Shown piece by piece: positions 26,620 to 39,500 of a DNA stretch of 64,000 bases; the first letter of the stretch is position 1, and each line of letters starts with the position of its first letter. The position numbers and the translations under genes are program-made. The stretch lies in contig CDLV01000008.1 of NCBI GenBank assembly GCA_001244265.2, forward strand, positions 806,001 to 870,000. The letters are read 5' to 3'. The notes under the pieces were generated by a model. That model made no database searches, had not been told where the DNA came from, and saw only the letters and a list, made by a program, of their open reading frames with translations. This DNA comes from Microbotryum violaceum. Its lineage: Eukaryota.

Positions 26620-28107
26620 GTCAACACATGCTGGAGTCGCAGGGCAAGGTGCGGCTGCCTCCCCCTCCCTAGTCCAATACTGGGTATCGACAGCTACTTC
26701 AAGGCTCGGATAGCGGCCAGTTGCTCCGTCCAAAAATACCCGCCTGCAGTAGGCCCACATACTGAACTGTGCGACAATTTCCCGCGCACGCAGAAGCCAA
26801 AGCATTCCGCGAAATCGCCCGGTCGTACAACGCGCTGTTTTTCACTGCGCTGGCTGCTCACTTCGAATGGACACGATTGGGCACTCGAGGACCCCCCATG
26901 TTTCGCGTGTTCGGTCGCCTCTCATCGGCTCGGCGCCCTGATAACTGCCGTGAAGCAACGCCCAGCCTTTGCTTAGACACGGCTCATCGACCCGGCCGAG
27001 GCCACCGACACTCGACTTGGCCCCGACGGCGCAGACAGTTGCGTACAAAGATCTACTTTGATCAAGCTCGAGTCCATGTTGCGTGCCGGCAATCGCTCCG
27101 TGGGGAAATTCGCCTCGGCCAAAGGGTGCGTCATGCGTCTCTGCCTACCACCAGGCCGAGACCGACATGCCCACAACCTTCCTACCTCAAGCAAGGAGAT
27201 GGCTATGCTTCTCTGCGATACCAACACCAACATGGGAGATCGTGGACCGCAAGACCTTATTCTCCAGGTGCACAGTGATCGATGTTCCGATGGTCGGCCC
27301 GAATACCAAATCGTTAGCTCGCTCCATCCGTCTGCGATGACTCCGTTTCCCATTACTATTTCAGGGGAAGATGGCTGTCACCCCAACATTGCTCTTTGCA
27401 GTTTCGACCAAGCTGGGACGCCAATCCCCAGGATCGAGAGCAGATCGACAATGGTGTTCAATTGCGCGAGGTACTTGTCGGTCTCGGTCTGCACGAAGAA
27501 GACGAAGAGGAGGGCGATGAGGATGAAAAGAAGGGGACGACTAGAACGGTGATGGTGAACGTGAGCGTCTTCGGCTCATATTCTTCTCCGTTGAGACGCA
27601 AACGCAGAGCTGATATAGAATGTATACGTCTGGCAAGAAGGTCAAGGAGGAGGGGTTGAGGTGGATCAACCCAAGTCTCGCGATCCCAATTCTTTGCATA
27701 CTACTTGCACGAACGCGAGGCTTAGTTCTCAATTCTGCATGCCACCCAGCGTCTCTTCCTCGAGCTCGTGATCGACGGATAATCCCAAGTCGAGACCGAT
27801 CCACTCAACAAGAAAACCTTCGCATCACCACGGCTCAAGGCATCACCGACGCTGGTGCCAACGGCCTCACCCCGGATCAAACTGGACGTTCGGTAATTTC
27901 GGGCTCGACGGTCAAGAATAGCCCGCGCGAGATCACGCAGCGTTACCAAGATGCGATGGCTTGCGTCGTCAAATATGGGAAGCCTTCGTTGTTCATCGCG
28001 ATGACGTGCAACCCCGAATGGTCCGAAACCTTGGCTGCACAGGGCCGAACGACAAAGCATGCAACCGTCTGGATCTCATTGCACGAGTGATTGAAGCCAA
28101 AGTGAAC
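26620..28107 (+). mobile_element. Degenerate Helitron Rep(Hel) N-terminal fragment (5' boundary may extend to ~25.1 kb)
   Basis: Frame-broken Helitron motifs in canonical order: QGKVRLPP; AFREIARSYNALFFTAL...GPPMFRVFGRL; HNLPTSSKEMA...DLIL...SLHPS...FPLLFSGEDG; FFAYYLHER...QRLFLELVIDG; QENLR...GRSVI.GST.KNSPREITQRYQDAMACVVKYGKPSLFIAMTCNPEW. Contains stops and frameshifts; no HUH motif 2 or Pif1 helicase. Confidence 0.88.
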
Positions 28108-28591
28108 TGAAACAGCTTGCCCGTTGCTTGGTTGCCAAAACGTCGTCGCAGAGTCGGTTCAACTTGGCTTCAAACGCTCGTGCAATGAGATCCGGACGGT
28201 TGCATGCTTTGTCGTCTGGCCCCAGTGCAGCCTTGATTTTAGGCCATTTGGGGTTGCACGTCACCGACATGAACAGCGATGGCTTTCCATATTCAACGAC
28301 GCAAGCCATCGCATCTTGGTAACGCTGCGTGATCTCGCGCGGGCTGTTCTCGAACCTCGAGCCCAACATCACCGAACGTCCAGTTTGATCCGGGGTGAAT
28401 CCGTTGGCAACAGCGTTGGTGATGCCTTGGGCTGTGGTGAGGTGTACGTTCTCTTGATGCAACCGGATGTAGTTGAGTCGATCGGTCTCGACTTGGGATT
28501 ATCCGTCGATCACGAACTCGAGGAAGAGACGCTGGGTGGCATGCAGAATTGAGAACTAAGCCTCGCGTTCGTGCAAGGAATATGCAAAAAT
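28108..28591 (-). mobile_element. Second, inverted Helitron Rep fragment (fold-back duplicate of 27689-28107)
   Basis: ORF 28076-28462(-) reads HQENVHLTTAQGITNAVANG...QRYQDAMACVVEYGKPSLFMSVTCNPKWPKI...RPDLIARAFEAKL. It aligns as the reverse complement of 27689-28107. Confidence 0.9.
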
Positions 28592-29208
28592 GACCTCGAG
28601 GTACCCGATACTCAATCCTACAAGATATCCCCTCCACCCATGCGCTTTATAGATCGTTCGCGCCGTATCCCAAAACCCATGTCTCGCACCCCCACCACCA
28701 GGTAGAATGGGGCCGACTTGCATCCTCCTTCGAATGATATCCAGCGGATAAGCGGAGGTCTGACCTAGGGCACCTGCTATTCCTCCGGCGGCCAAGTCGA
28801 TCCACGTTCGATGGCGTTCTCACGTGCTGGGGCTGAACATGGTCGACACGAGGTCGGTTTTGAGGAATCCCTAAACGAGGAAGGATACGCCGGCGTAGGG
28901 GACGATGCCGAAAAGGGTTGGGAAAATGCCCCGATAAAAGTGAGTCAAGGAAGGTTCGCCGACTCGAGCATGTTTTATTATTGTTGTGGTTAATCCGGGT
29001 GTTGTGGGCAAGGGTGTTGACGTCGCAGAGGCAGTTTTGAGATTAGCGGTGGAAGCGACAGGGGGTGGGGGGATGAGGGATGCTTGGTATATCTGCCGTA
29101 AAGGACGATCGTTCGGCGAGCCAATGGTGTGTTTCGAACGCTAACAGCACCCGAACGAGCTCGAGAGGGTAGGCGAAGAGTGCCGATGTGACAAGATGTG
29201 ACGCCGGC
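28589..29208 (-). pseudogene. Duplicated fragment of the LEU5 last exon (copy of ~23091-23711)
   Basis: Near-identical to LEU5 (8 substitutions over ~510 bp by my count). Carries a TGG>TAG stop at 28871-28873, an 11-bp deletion near 29100 and a 10-bp insertion near 29190. Confidence 0.93.
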
Positions 29209-29469
29209 AAAAGCGCCGACGGGGGGAAATCCACGTGCACTTAGGTTGGTCGGCGGCCTTGTCACCTGCGGGTCATGACGTGGGTGAGCGAGTGAGCTGG
29301 AGACTGAGACAGTCCTCACGCCGTAAACAGCCGTGAGCCTGCATTACCGCGACCGAGCTACTACCGAGCTCCGCGGAACTAAGGCTGCTCTCAATACCCT
29401 CTTTGACTCTTGTTCATACGCCTCAACCCTGTGCTCATCGCCCTCAACTTTGTACCAACTTCCTCAGAA

Positions 29470-31320
29470 ATGGCCTCCGTCCCTTCCTCCAATGAGACGC
29501 CCAACCTCACTGGAATTGAGTACGTCCCCTCACTCGACCGCTCCGCACGGCACTCTTGCCGAGGCCTCCACCTCGGCCTCCATGACTTAGCCTCTGCCAC
29601 TCTTTGCTCCCCGGCCCACACAGCTCAAGTGCACTGATCCAATCAAACTTTGATCGACTCGCAGCTATGCCAAGTACTTCTCGGCTGGTGGTCTGTGTGC
29701 CATGCTAACCCATGGCGCGGTCACTCCCATGGGTACGTCACTCACCGAAACGACCGCGCGGCCGGCTCTCCAAGCGCCGAGTGAGCAATTACGAGACCGA
29801 GCTGACCTCATGCTCAACTTGCTGGTGCCTCGCCGCTGCAATACCTGCAATACCCGTATCTCCCATCCGGATACCCTCACAACGCGTGCCATCGATGAAT
29901 ATCCTCCTTGGCGCAATAGATGTCGTGAAGACGCGCATCCAGCTCGACCCCAAGCTCGGCAAGCTCGGGATGGTCGGCACCGCGCGAGGCATCATCGCCG
30001 AGGAGAACGTCAAGGGACTCTTCACCGGCTTTGGTGCAACCGCTGTGGGTTATTTGGTGCAAGGTATGTTGCACATTTTAGCGAAGGAAATAGGAAACGA
30101 CTATCTAATACCTGTGTCGCCATGTTCGCTGTCGCTCGGTGGGATCAGGTGGGGCAAAGTTTGCCGGTTACGAGTTCTGGAAGAAGAAGTGAGTCATGGC
30201 AAAGATTTCCCTGGCCTGAACTACCTGCTGATATAAAAGCTGCTTTGTAGGTTTGTGGATGCCCAAGGTGGCTACGAAGCCGCAACGCCGAACCGAACAA
30301 CGATCTATCTCGGATCTGCCGCCATTGCCGAATTCTTCGCCGATGTGAGCTGCGATCAATTCAGACATGTACGATGATCGACGCCGAGCTGATCCACTGA
30401 AATGTTCGACTCTTCGGTGGTTCTAGATCCTCTTGACGCCGTTGGAAGCTGTCCGCATTCGAACGGTCTCGGATCGAACCTACGCTTCTGGACTGGCCAC
30501 CGGCTTTTTGAGGATGGCGCGGGAAGGTGGTGTCTCAGAGATGTACGCAGGATTTTTCCCCATTCTCGTAAGTCCTTCTTTTGCTACGGCCAAATTTTGA
30601 ACCGCGAGATCTTCGGGCTGATCACAAATCTCGCTTAACCTTCGTCCCTTACTTCTCATCGTTATCGTTCGGACGGACATATAGTTCAAGCAAATCCCCT
30701 TCGCCCTCGGTCAGTTCGTGACCAACGAATGGGCCCACGAAACCGTGTATAAGCAGCTCTCTGCCGAAAAGCGCAAAAATCTGAGCGTTCTGGAGGAGAC
30801 GGGTATCACGCTCGGATGCGGTGTCGTCGCCGGTATTTCGGCCGCCGTCTTGTCGCACCCCGCCGATACCTTATTGTCGCAGGTAAGCAGAGTATGACTT
30901 GTGTACTCCGTGTAAAAACTTCGAAACTCAGCCTTCTGAACCTTCTCATGCCCAGATCAACAAGGGCAAAGGAGGCAAGGGTGGAATTTTCAAGCGACTC
31001 GCAACACTGGCCGCCGAAGCCGGACCGGCTGGTCTCTTCTCTGGACTTGGACCTCGTGTTGTATGTTTGACCGGTCACATAAATGTAAAGCTATAGGTCG
31101 AGTGGAACCTGACGTGACATTTTCCTCGGGTGACGTGCAGGTCATGACGGCCGGGTTGGTCTCGGCTCAGTTCTTCCTTTATGGCACGATCAAGAAGTCT
31201 CTGTAAGTGGAGCGGTGGGTTTCGTGGAAGCCCTTGGGAATTCGAAGACTAACAATTGTCTGGCCATCTGATTCTCGCAGCGGTGCTCGACCCGGTATCG
31301 AGATTCACAAAGCCGACTAG
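29470..31320 (+). CDS. MIR1: Mitochondrial phosphate carrier (Mir1/SLC25A3 type)
   Basis: Spliced product YAKYFSAGGLCAMLTHGAVTPM|DVVKTRIQLDP, GFGATAVGYLVQ|GGAKFAGYEFWK, AIAEFFAD|ILLTPLEAVRIR, FKQIPFALGQF and AVLSHPADTLLSQ. All introns are GT-AG and in frame; stop TAG at 31320. Confidence 0.92.
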
Positions 31321-31624
31321 TCCGTTCCAGTATGACCGAAAAAACCCTGCCAGCCGCGAATCCGACCTAAGCTTCCTGATTTTATCACACTCTTGCTCTA
31401 TTCCTGTTTGTTCTATTTATAGACGCGCCTGTATCGCCCGAGTACCCAATTCAGTCTGACTTTTGCCGGCTTAGTGCGTTCCCAATCGTGCTTGTACATG
31501 TCTCGGCAAACACTGCCGCTCGCTTCTCGGATGCGGTCAGGGTTCAAAGTACTCGATCTGTCTTTACAAGCTACAACATGCACACGGACACAAGTAAACA
31601 CCTGACATGAGAGGCCAACCCGGT

Positions 31625-32541
31625 TTATTCCTGCATCACCTGCATCCCCCCGGTCCCATCCTCCACCTTGGCCATCGCTTGAGCCACCGCCTCTACCGGC
31701 CGAGCCCCACTCGGGTTCCCTTCGCCGACGACGCCGGCGTAAGGTCTCTCCCCCCAATCCTTGGCACCTGTCGGCGGGGCAGGGTCCTCCTCTGAAAAAA
31801 GAGGCGGTTGGACCAGGGCGGCAAGTTTGGCTTGCGACATGGGTTGCAGGAAAATGTCCTGTTGTGTTGCAGCAGTAGGGATTGCTGCCGAGGACAAGGT
31901 GGAGGTCGAGGCCGTGTTCGAGTTGTTCTCTTCCGGGATGATCGACGTGGCTTCATTCGGCGGGTCTACAGCTGTTACTGTAGTAGCAATCGAGAGCTTG
32001 GAGAGATGGGTTGATGTCCTCAGCTTGTATGGATCCGTCGGCGTCGATGAGTTCTGCAGTCGATCGTAGAGGATCCTGCAGGTCGAGTTCGGGATGAGCT
32101 CACGAGCCATCATCGTTGACGAAGCCAGGTGGTGGGCCACTCACGCTCGTTCTATTCGTAGTCGTTGGATCGACTTTTTGGAACGCAAGACTCGAAGTGC
32201 GAGCTTGGCATTGTCCTGACGAGACGGAGACGACCGACGAACATGTGCAGTGAGCGACGGATGTCCTCTCGAGCAGACAACGTGACACCACGTCGTCCAG
32301 CGAGGATTGTATGACTGACCTGTTCGACTTCCTGGAGCTTCCCTTTCAGTTGCTGGTACTTGGTCCTGTACTTGACATCATCTGCGAGGCGCGGGATGGG
32401 TGGGGCGGGCGGCGAGCAGTGGAAGCGGTCAGGGCGACGATCCCACGCCTTCGAGGGATGGGACTTGAGCGACGTACCTGCTTGTGTTTGTAGGGGATTG
32501 GCAAAGATGGCCTTGGAGTTGCTCATTCCTTTGGGAGGCAT
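31625..32541 (-). CDS. Probable INO80 complex coiled-coil subunit (INO80E/INO80F/Nhp10 N-terminal-like)
   Basis: DDVKYRTKYQQLKGKLQEVEQ|DNAKLALRVLRSKKSIQRLRIERA|ILYDRL resembles the conserved helix of these subunits. Start MPPKG at 32541. Confidence 0.6.
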
Positions 32542-33390
32542 TGTGGGCGGAGTTCTGGGCGATCGAGTGGATGGTGAGAGCGGTTGCCGTGTGACGATGC
32601 GGTGTGGGGGGAGAGGGAGGCCACGGTTGTGGTCACGCGTCGACCGGCCTCGTGGACGCTGGTGTCTCATTAATCTCATTTACAAACGGCGGTTTACTGG
32701 GGAGATTGCCTTGAGTCCTGTGCCGCGAGATTGCCAGCCAGTCACTTGTGTTATCAACACTTCAAAAAGCACCCTCCATTTTTCTAGACCTTGAACCGGA
32801 GTTACTGGTCCAAATCTTTTCGAATCCCTTCATCATTAGTAGAGTAGCGTCGGCTAGTCTACTCAAGAGCAACGAACGACGCTAAGTCCGGCAGGCCATC
32901 CGGGACATTAGGGCTACAGTAATGCGCAATACGAGCAGCGATTAGGCAGATTTGATTATGTGCGCTGAAGAATGGCGCCATGCGTCCGCGCGCTTCTTTC
33001 CTTCTTTCGCCTTCGATCCACTTGTGCCCACGTCGAAGCTCAACCCTCCCCGCCTACGTCTTCCTACCATGACACAAACATTGTCGACCACGGCAAGACG
33101 TACAACAAGGATGGACAAGTCGAACAAACCACCGCATGAATGACGTCCACGTGTGTACAGAAAGCTGAAATTTTCGCGGTCTGCGTCTGTACCGCCACAG
33201 TTGAGGGAATTTGCTGACGTGTTCTTTTTCAACCGCGCCGCCGTCCTTCACCATCGGCCCACTGCGGCTACCTGTCTTCTTGTTTCTTCCAGCCAGAAAA
33301 TACGTTGAAAAGACAAGGGTTCTATGAGCCTGCGCGAGTATACTATGATTGGGTTGCGTGAGTACCGGCGGCTCAACGATCGGGGCGCGA

Positions 33391-33906
33391 CGCCATCTCG
33401 TCGATCTGACTCCTCAGTGCTCACCATCTGTGTGATGTCCTTCGACCCGTCGGTTGTACGGGATGCACTAGTAAAGGCAGGAATCACCACACCTGACCCC
33501 ATCAACTTTTATGGTCGGCATGTGGACTCCAGACTACCACACGCCAAAGGAGTTCAACCTCAAGGACGCGTTCAGGCTCATTCAAGCCAAAACGCAGGCG
33601 CACGCTCCGTACAAGGCTGGCAGGTTCCGCGCAACTCACATATTTGACAATATCTTGTTGTTTTGCAGGTCCAAGACATCCCCACACAGTAGTGTTGCTT
33701 TGCGTTTTGGCTTGAATGAGCCTGAACGCGTCCTTGAGGTTGAACTCCTTAGGCGTGTGGTAGTCTGGAGTCCACATGCCGACCATAAAAGTTGATGGGG
33801 TCAGGTGTGGTGATTCCTGCCTTTACTAGTGCATCCCGTACAACCGACGGGTCGAAGGACATCACACAGATGGTGAGCACTGAGGAGTCAGATCGACGAG
33901 ATGGCG
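33391..33906. repeat. Long inverted repeat: 206-bp arms (33391-33596 / 33701-33906), 104-bp spacer
   Basis: The arms are reverse complements with one mismatch (33546 vs 33751). Mirror ORFs 33502-33786(-) and 33511-33795(+) share their first 30 aa. Confidence 0.97.
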
Positions 33907-35966
33907 GAAAGCAACCAAGGTGACGGTGACTCGCGTCTTGATGCTTGAACTAGGTATCTGCATCTACTTAATCTATCTATCCACATCTAAATATTGCTCT
34001 ATAAAATAACTCCATCAAACAAGCTTTCCAGGCATAAAAATGGTTTCGACAGATTCAGGCCGAAGTTAGGGGGGTCCGGAGCGGATCCGAGCTCGAGGTC
34101 AATTGTAGAGCCTCCGAGAGTCTTCAGTTTCGCTTCTTCACGCCATGTCAGCACTCGAAGCTTCTCATAGCATGCTCCCACGGTCTTCATCAGACATTCG
34201 CGTCCTGGATGGCTAAGATTGGTGTTCGTTGTACAGCTCAGCATCTAAGCATATGGTGAGGGTGCAGAGGATCTCGTCGAATTTCAATTCCAATTCCAAT
34301 TAGGCCCGTGGATTCGTCTGAAGCGTCGCCTCGTGACCGAGCTGCCAACTCCTTTCGATCTTCGTCGGCTGCTCGCATCGTAAGCTTATTCGTGACTCTT
34401 TGCATGCACCAGAGTCAAGAGTCAGAAGGCTATGTATTACATGATCTCTCTCGAAACTATGATGATATGCAATTCATACATTTGTCGCCTTTTGGTGCTT
34501 GTTGTACTCGTTCCTTTCATCGTCGAGCTGGTCCCCTCATGCGCTTCAATCGGGCAGCCGTAGAAAGCTGAGCTAGAACCTGTGTCGCACCAGTATCGCA
34601 TTGCTTCAGCCACCCTCGATTCGGTAACTGACCTCTAACTAGGCTCACAGAGATGTCAAATACTGGACTGACGGCGTGTACGACGTTCCAAGATGCCCTT
34701 GCAGGCTTGCTCGACGACATGCACCGTGGTTCGCGTCGACGTCCGGCGCACTCGAGTAGAACTTTCCGCAAGTTCACAACTCGAACGCTGCCGGTATTCT
34801 CACAGGATCGGTTAGCATGATACAGTTGGGGTTCACCTCGGTCAATGGTAAGTAGCTGATTAGAGTACTTTGTGCGCCGACGGAGGTGGTAGGTAGATGT
34901 GTTCCTCGCCTTCGGATCCGCCGATCGATTTGACGACGCCATCACACGAAAATATTCTTCCCGAGGAAATCTTGCTCCCGCACCTGGGGTGCCTGGCGAT
35001 GGCGGCAACGACGCGGGCCAAGGAGTCTGCAGAGTTCGTTACGACCTTCCACCCGAGCTCCGACATCACGTTCAACCTCGGCCAGCAGCAATATTTTTCT
35101 TTGACTTCGACAAACTTTCGAAAGCGAATTTTGAATTCTTGGTAGACGCACCGTGTATCGCAATAAGACATTCTATTCTACCCCATCCTTCCAGGTGCAC
35201 CAGACCCCGAGGACATGCAACTAGATAGTAGGCAGCGGGGGAAGAACGAATATTCGATGCTTGACGACTGGGGCTGCGCGGGATGATAAATCAGCGAGAA
35301 CTCGGCTTGAATGCAACCATACGCTCAAGTCTGCTTGGAATCGCAGCTGCGCCGGCCACTGAAAGGGGACCTTTAGCACCAACAAGCAAATGATTGGTAG
35401 TGGGCGTGGAGATCATGAACGTGAAGAGCTCAATCTAGCTTAGCAACGCGACGGCTCGCCACCTGGAGCATGACGTCGAACTTGAGCTTATTTGCAAGCC
35501 ACCTTCAATGCGAATCAGCGAATCAAGCAGCAGCTGGGGAAGGATCCGCTCGTCAGCTGAAAAGTCTCGAGGCACACCTATGAATGTGCCAGACGTGCCA
35601 TCTTTTGACAGTCGATAAGTGGGGATGGCAAGAGCCTCATGCAACATGGGCTGCAGTGGCCAGCCTATAGTAGTAGGAGTCGGGGTAACGGGGGCCCACT
35701 ACAGAAGTCGGCGGTCATCTAGGCATTCAAATGAAGTACTACATACATCGACCAGTCAACGTTTTGTAAGCGAGATGCGATATCTGGGGCGACGGCAGCT
35801 CCAATTTCACTTACAGCGCACACCACACAGACTTCTTCGATTTGATAGCAGACTTCAAGATCCCGCCTAAGCAGTCTCCGTCTCTACCCTTGCTCTTCAC
35901 TCTCTATGTCTTGCTTCGTGTCCTTTCTGAGGGCAACATGCGCCAGACCAAGCACTTCACCGCCTA

Positions 35967-36134
<168 letters not shown>

Positions 36135-36177
36135 CTATGAGATCAAGATTGCAGAAGGAAGACAAGAGCGATTTCTA

Positions 36178-36450
<273 letters not shown>

Positions 36451-36522
36451 TCAAGCAGAATCTTGATGGTTCTGGACGTTGAGAAAACTAACGTGTCACG
36501 ACAAACCAAAACTACCTTCTGC

Positions 36523-39500
36523 CTAGACAACCGCCCAAGATTTCCTCTTCTCGACCTTCCCCGGTCCCTTCGAACCCGCGCCACCACCATCTCTACTTTG
36601 CTCGCGCGTGATCGACTCCCAGCGCGACTTCATGCTCGAAACACCGGCGAAACGTTCTTCTTCTTCTTCTCCGTCTGATGGCTTGTTCGGGGCTGTTGTT
36701 TGGGAAGAAGGGGGTAAGGCGTATGATCGTTGAGGTGTCGAAGGACCCGAAGTTGGAGGAACGGGCTTGAAAGGCGGAGGACGAGTCGAACCACTTGCGG
36801 TGGTCGTGCCATTGGAGAAGGCAGGTGACGAAGGGGTCGAGATGTTCACTGCGGATGAAGGCGAGGCGTAAGATCGTGGTGGTGTGCTTGGGCGAGTCGC
36901 CGTCGTCGCTGGATTCAGAGTCGTCTCCCCCGTCAAATGCTTGTGCAACCCCTCGGCATTCGGGAACCTCGAAGAAAAGTTTCCAATTGAAGCTTGTTTT
37001 GACGACCAATGCGGTGGTGCTGTCTCCTCCGTGGTCGTAGGCACAGCTGCCTGAGACGCCTTCTTGGCTCCAAAGGCAGGTCGACCTTTCCCGGACGAAG
37101 CAGAAGTCTGTCGTAGCGTCGTTGGCTTTCCAGCTGGAACGGGAGGTAAAGGTTTGCGATTACCTGGGTCGCTTGAGCTCGAAAGTCCTTCGTAGCGCGA
37201 GACGAGGTTGTTGATTTGGTCTTGCTTGTTGACGGATTGCGGTCTAGGCGCAAGGATCGGTGGTCCCGAACGTGTTGCAGAGCTAGATGAAGAGGCGGCA
37301 CTCCGGCCCTCCTTCTCGTTGAAGTCGGGTTTGGGGATGTTGGGTTTGGGAGGCGCAACGGGGGCAAATTTGAGGATCGATGCCAGGGCAGGTGCAAGAT
37401 CAATGTCTCCACCACCGTCCGTCGACGTCGAGTCCATCCGCGTGATGGGAGGTAAAACTGGGTAGCCCGAAGTGGGCGACACGACCTGATCTGCGGCGGG
37501 CTCAATGTCATTCACCACCTTCTTCTCCTCTTCCTTCTTGAACGACTGAGACGAATAGGTACGCTCGTTCGGCATCCGAGGGCCAGATAGTCGAGGCCGA
37601 ATCGTGATGTCCTCAACTTGCTCCACCTCGTCATCGCTTGACTCGTCCTCCTTTTCCTCAATCTTCTGCCACGTTTCTTCCTCTTTGGGCTCGTTCGCCA
37701 CTGAATGCGGTCCAGTAGAACCAATCGCCTCCGCTTCAGGGAACCGTTGCTCGACGGTACTCAGATCATCCTTTGTCGCGGCCTTTGGCTTAGACGTAGG
37801 CGCCACAGTTTCGGCTCGCTGATTCGGACTGGCCTGGGATGAAAACGTCGGTCTCGAAGCAGAGGGTGAATCGGCGGGTTTGACAGGTCGGAACTTTTCC
37901 CTCGACGCCTCAAAGTTGAAATCGCTCGAAGCGATGATCGAGGTTCGATTTGTGCCTGTCGATGAGCTTGTCGGAGGTAGGTTCAGCGATTCGGTCGCGT
38001 TCGGCGTCAGTGTGGCCGTGGCGGAAGGACGATGGAGCGGCTTGGGTGCAAACGCATCGTCGTTGTCCTCATCGTCGCCAAGCAAGTCGACAGGCGCTTG
38101 TTTAGGCGAAGCCACGACGGGTGTCGAGCTCTGAGCAGTCGGTGTCCATCTCGAAGAGAAGGAAGAACCAGACCCCCCCGTAGAGAACGACGTGGGTCGT
38201 GGTCCACCGACCCTCGCCATCCCGGGTAAAGCGATGGGATCTCTCCCCAAATCGTTCGTCGCCTCTTTGGGCTTGTTCATCATCGCTTTTGGCCCGGATA
38301 AAGGTCGATCGTTGCCTAGGTGAAGAGAAGTTTGAGATGATCGACTAGTAAAGTCGGGCCTGTTTTGCATTCGGATTGATCCTGATGGCTTGAGTGAGGT
38401 CGTCGGTGCGTTCTGATTTGACGATGTCGGTGGTCGTCTCGGTAAAGGTGGCCCAGTGTCGCCTTCCCCAGTTAGCTGCGCAGAAGTCGCCGTCGGTGGC
38501 GGTGATGTCACGGAACCCGCTGGAGAAGCTGATGAGTAGGCACCATTCTTCGACAATGATGCCACCTTCGTCCCACTACTGGTGAACGACTCGAGTCCGT
38601 CCAAATCAGGATACGTCGACTCGAAGCGTTCGCGCTCATCGACAGCGGCCACAGGCGCCTCAACAGCCTTGGTTCCCGTCACAGTCGACGCAGGGGATGT
38701 AGGCAGATTCCGCGCAGACGTTGAAGACACTGGTCGGGTCCTCCATGACTGATCGTTGAGGACAGCCTCTGCCGAAGCGAGAAGAGGACTTTTGAGTCCG
38801 ATAGGAGGAGGAGAAGTCGGTGACTTGGCAGATGACGCCTCTGACGGCTTCGAAATGGCCGTGGACGAGAAAGACGGCGTAAGTGCTGGCGACATTTCCG
38901 CAGCTGACGGTGACGTGGGTTGGAACGAGTCGCCGAACCCAGACGACGATCCATTGGCCCCGATACTAGTGAAAGAATCCCCAAAGCCATTTGCATCGCC
39001 AGATGAAGAGGCCTTGTCCCCATTCGAGGTGATTCCGACCGGATCCCATTCATGTCCCAAGTTCTTAGGAGCGGGTGAGTCCGATGGTGGTGTTGATCGC
39101 TCTTCAGCATTCTTGGCGAGCGCTGCGACAGTGCCTCCAGTTTTAGTCGGCCGCCCTCTCCGCATCGGGGAGATCGTCTCGGCCAAATTGGGGCCCGATG
39201 GGTTGGGCGCGGCTGGACTCGAGCTCATGACGCTTGCGAAGCCCAAGTTGGCCGAAGGTTTGGTCGAGGGTGGTCTCGAAGATTTAGCATATTTCTGAAC
39301 GTGATCTCGGATGCCTCGATGAGTATGCGCACGTCTGAAGTGTGGAGACCAAGCAACTCACGTTCTCTAACCTCACGGCAGTCCCTCGCAGGCGACAGAC
39401 TTGCTCGTGCACTTGGTAGATGTTGGGTCGAGCGGCGACACTTTCTTGCAAAAGTCCCCCAATCAATCCCTTGATTGAGTTCGAGTACGCTGGGTAATGC

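Noticed and set aside
33260-33480. Fragment RLPVFLFLP / LKRQGFYEPARVYYD faintly resembling transposon-associated Cys-rich domains
   Set aside because: Too short and frame-broken to assign without an HMM search.
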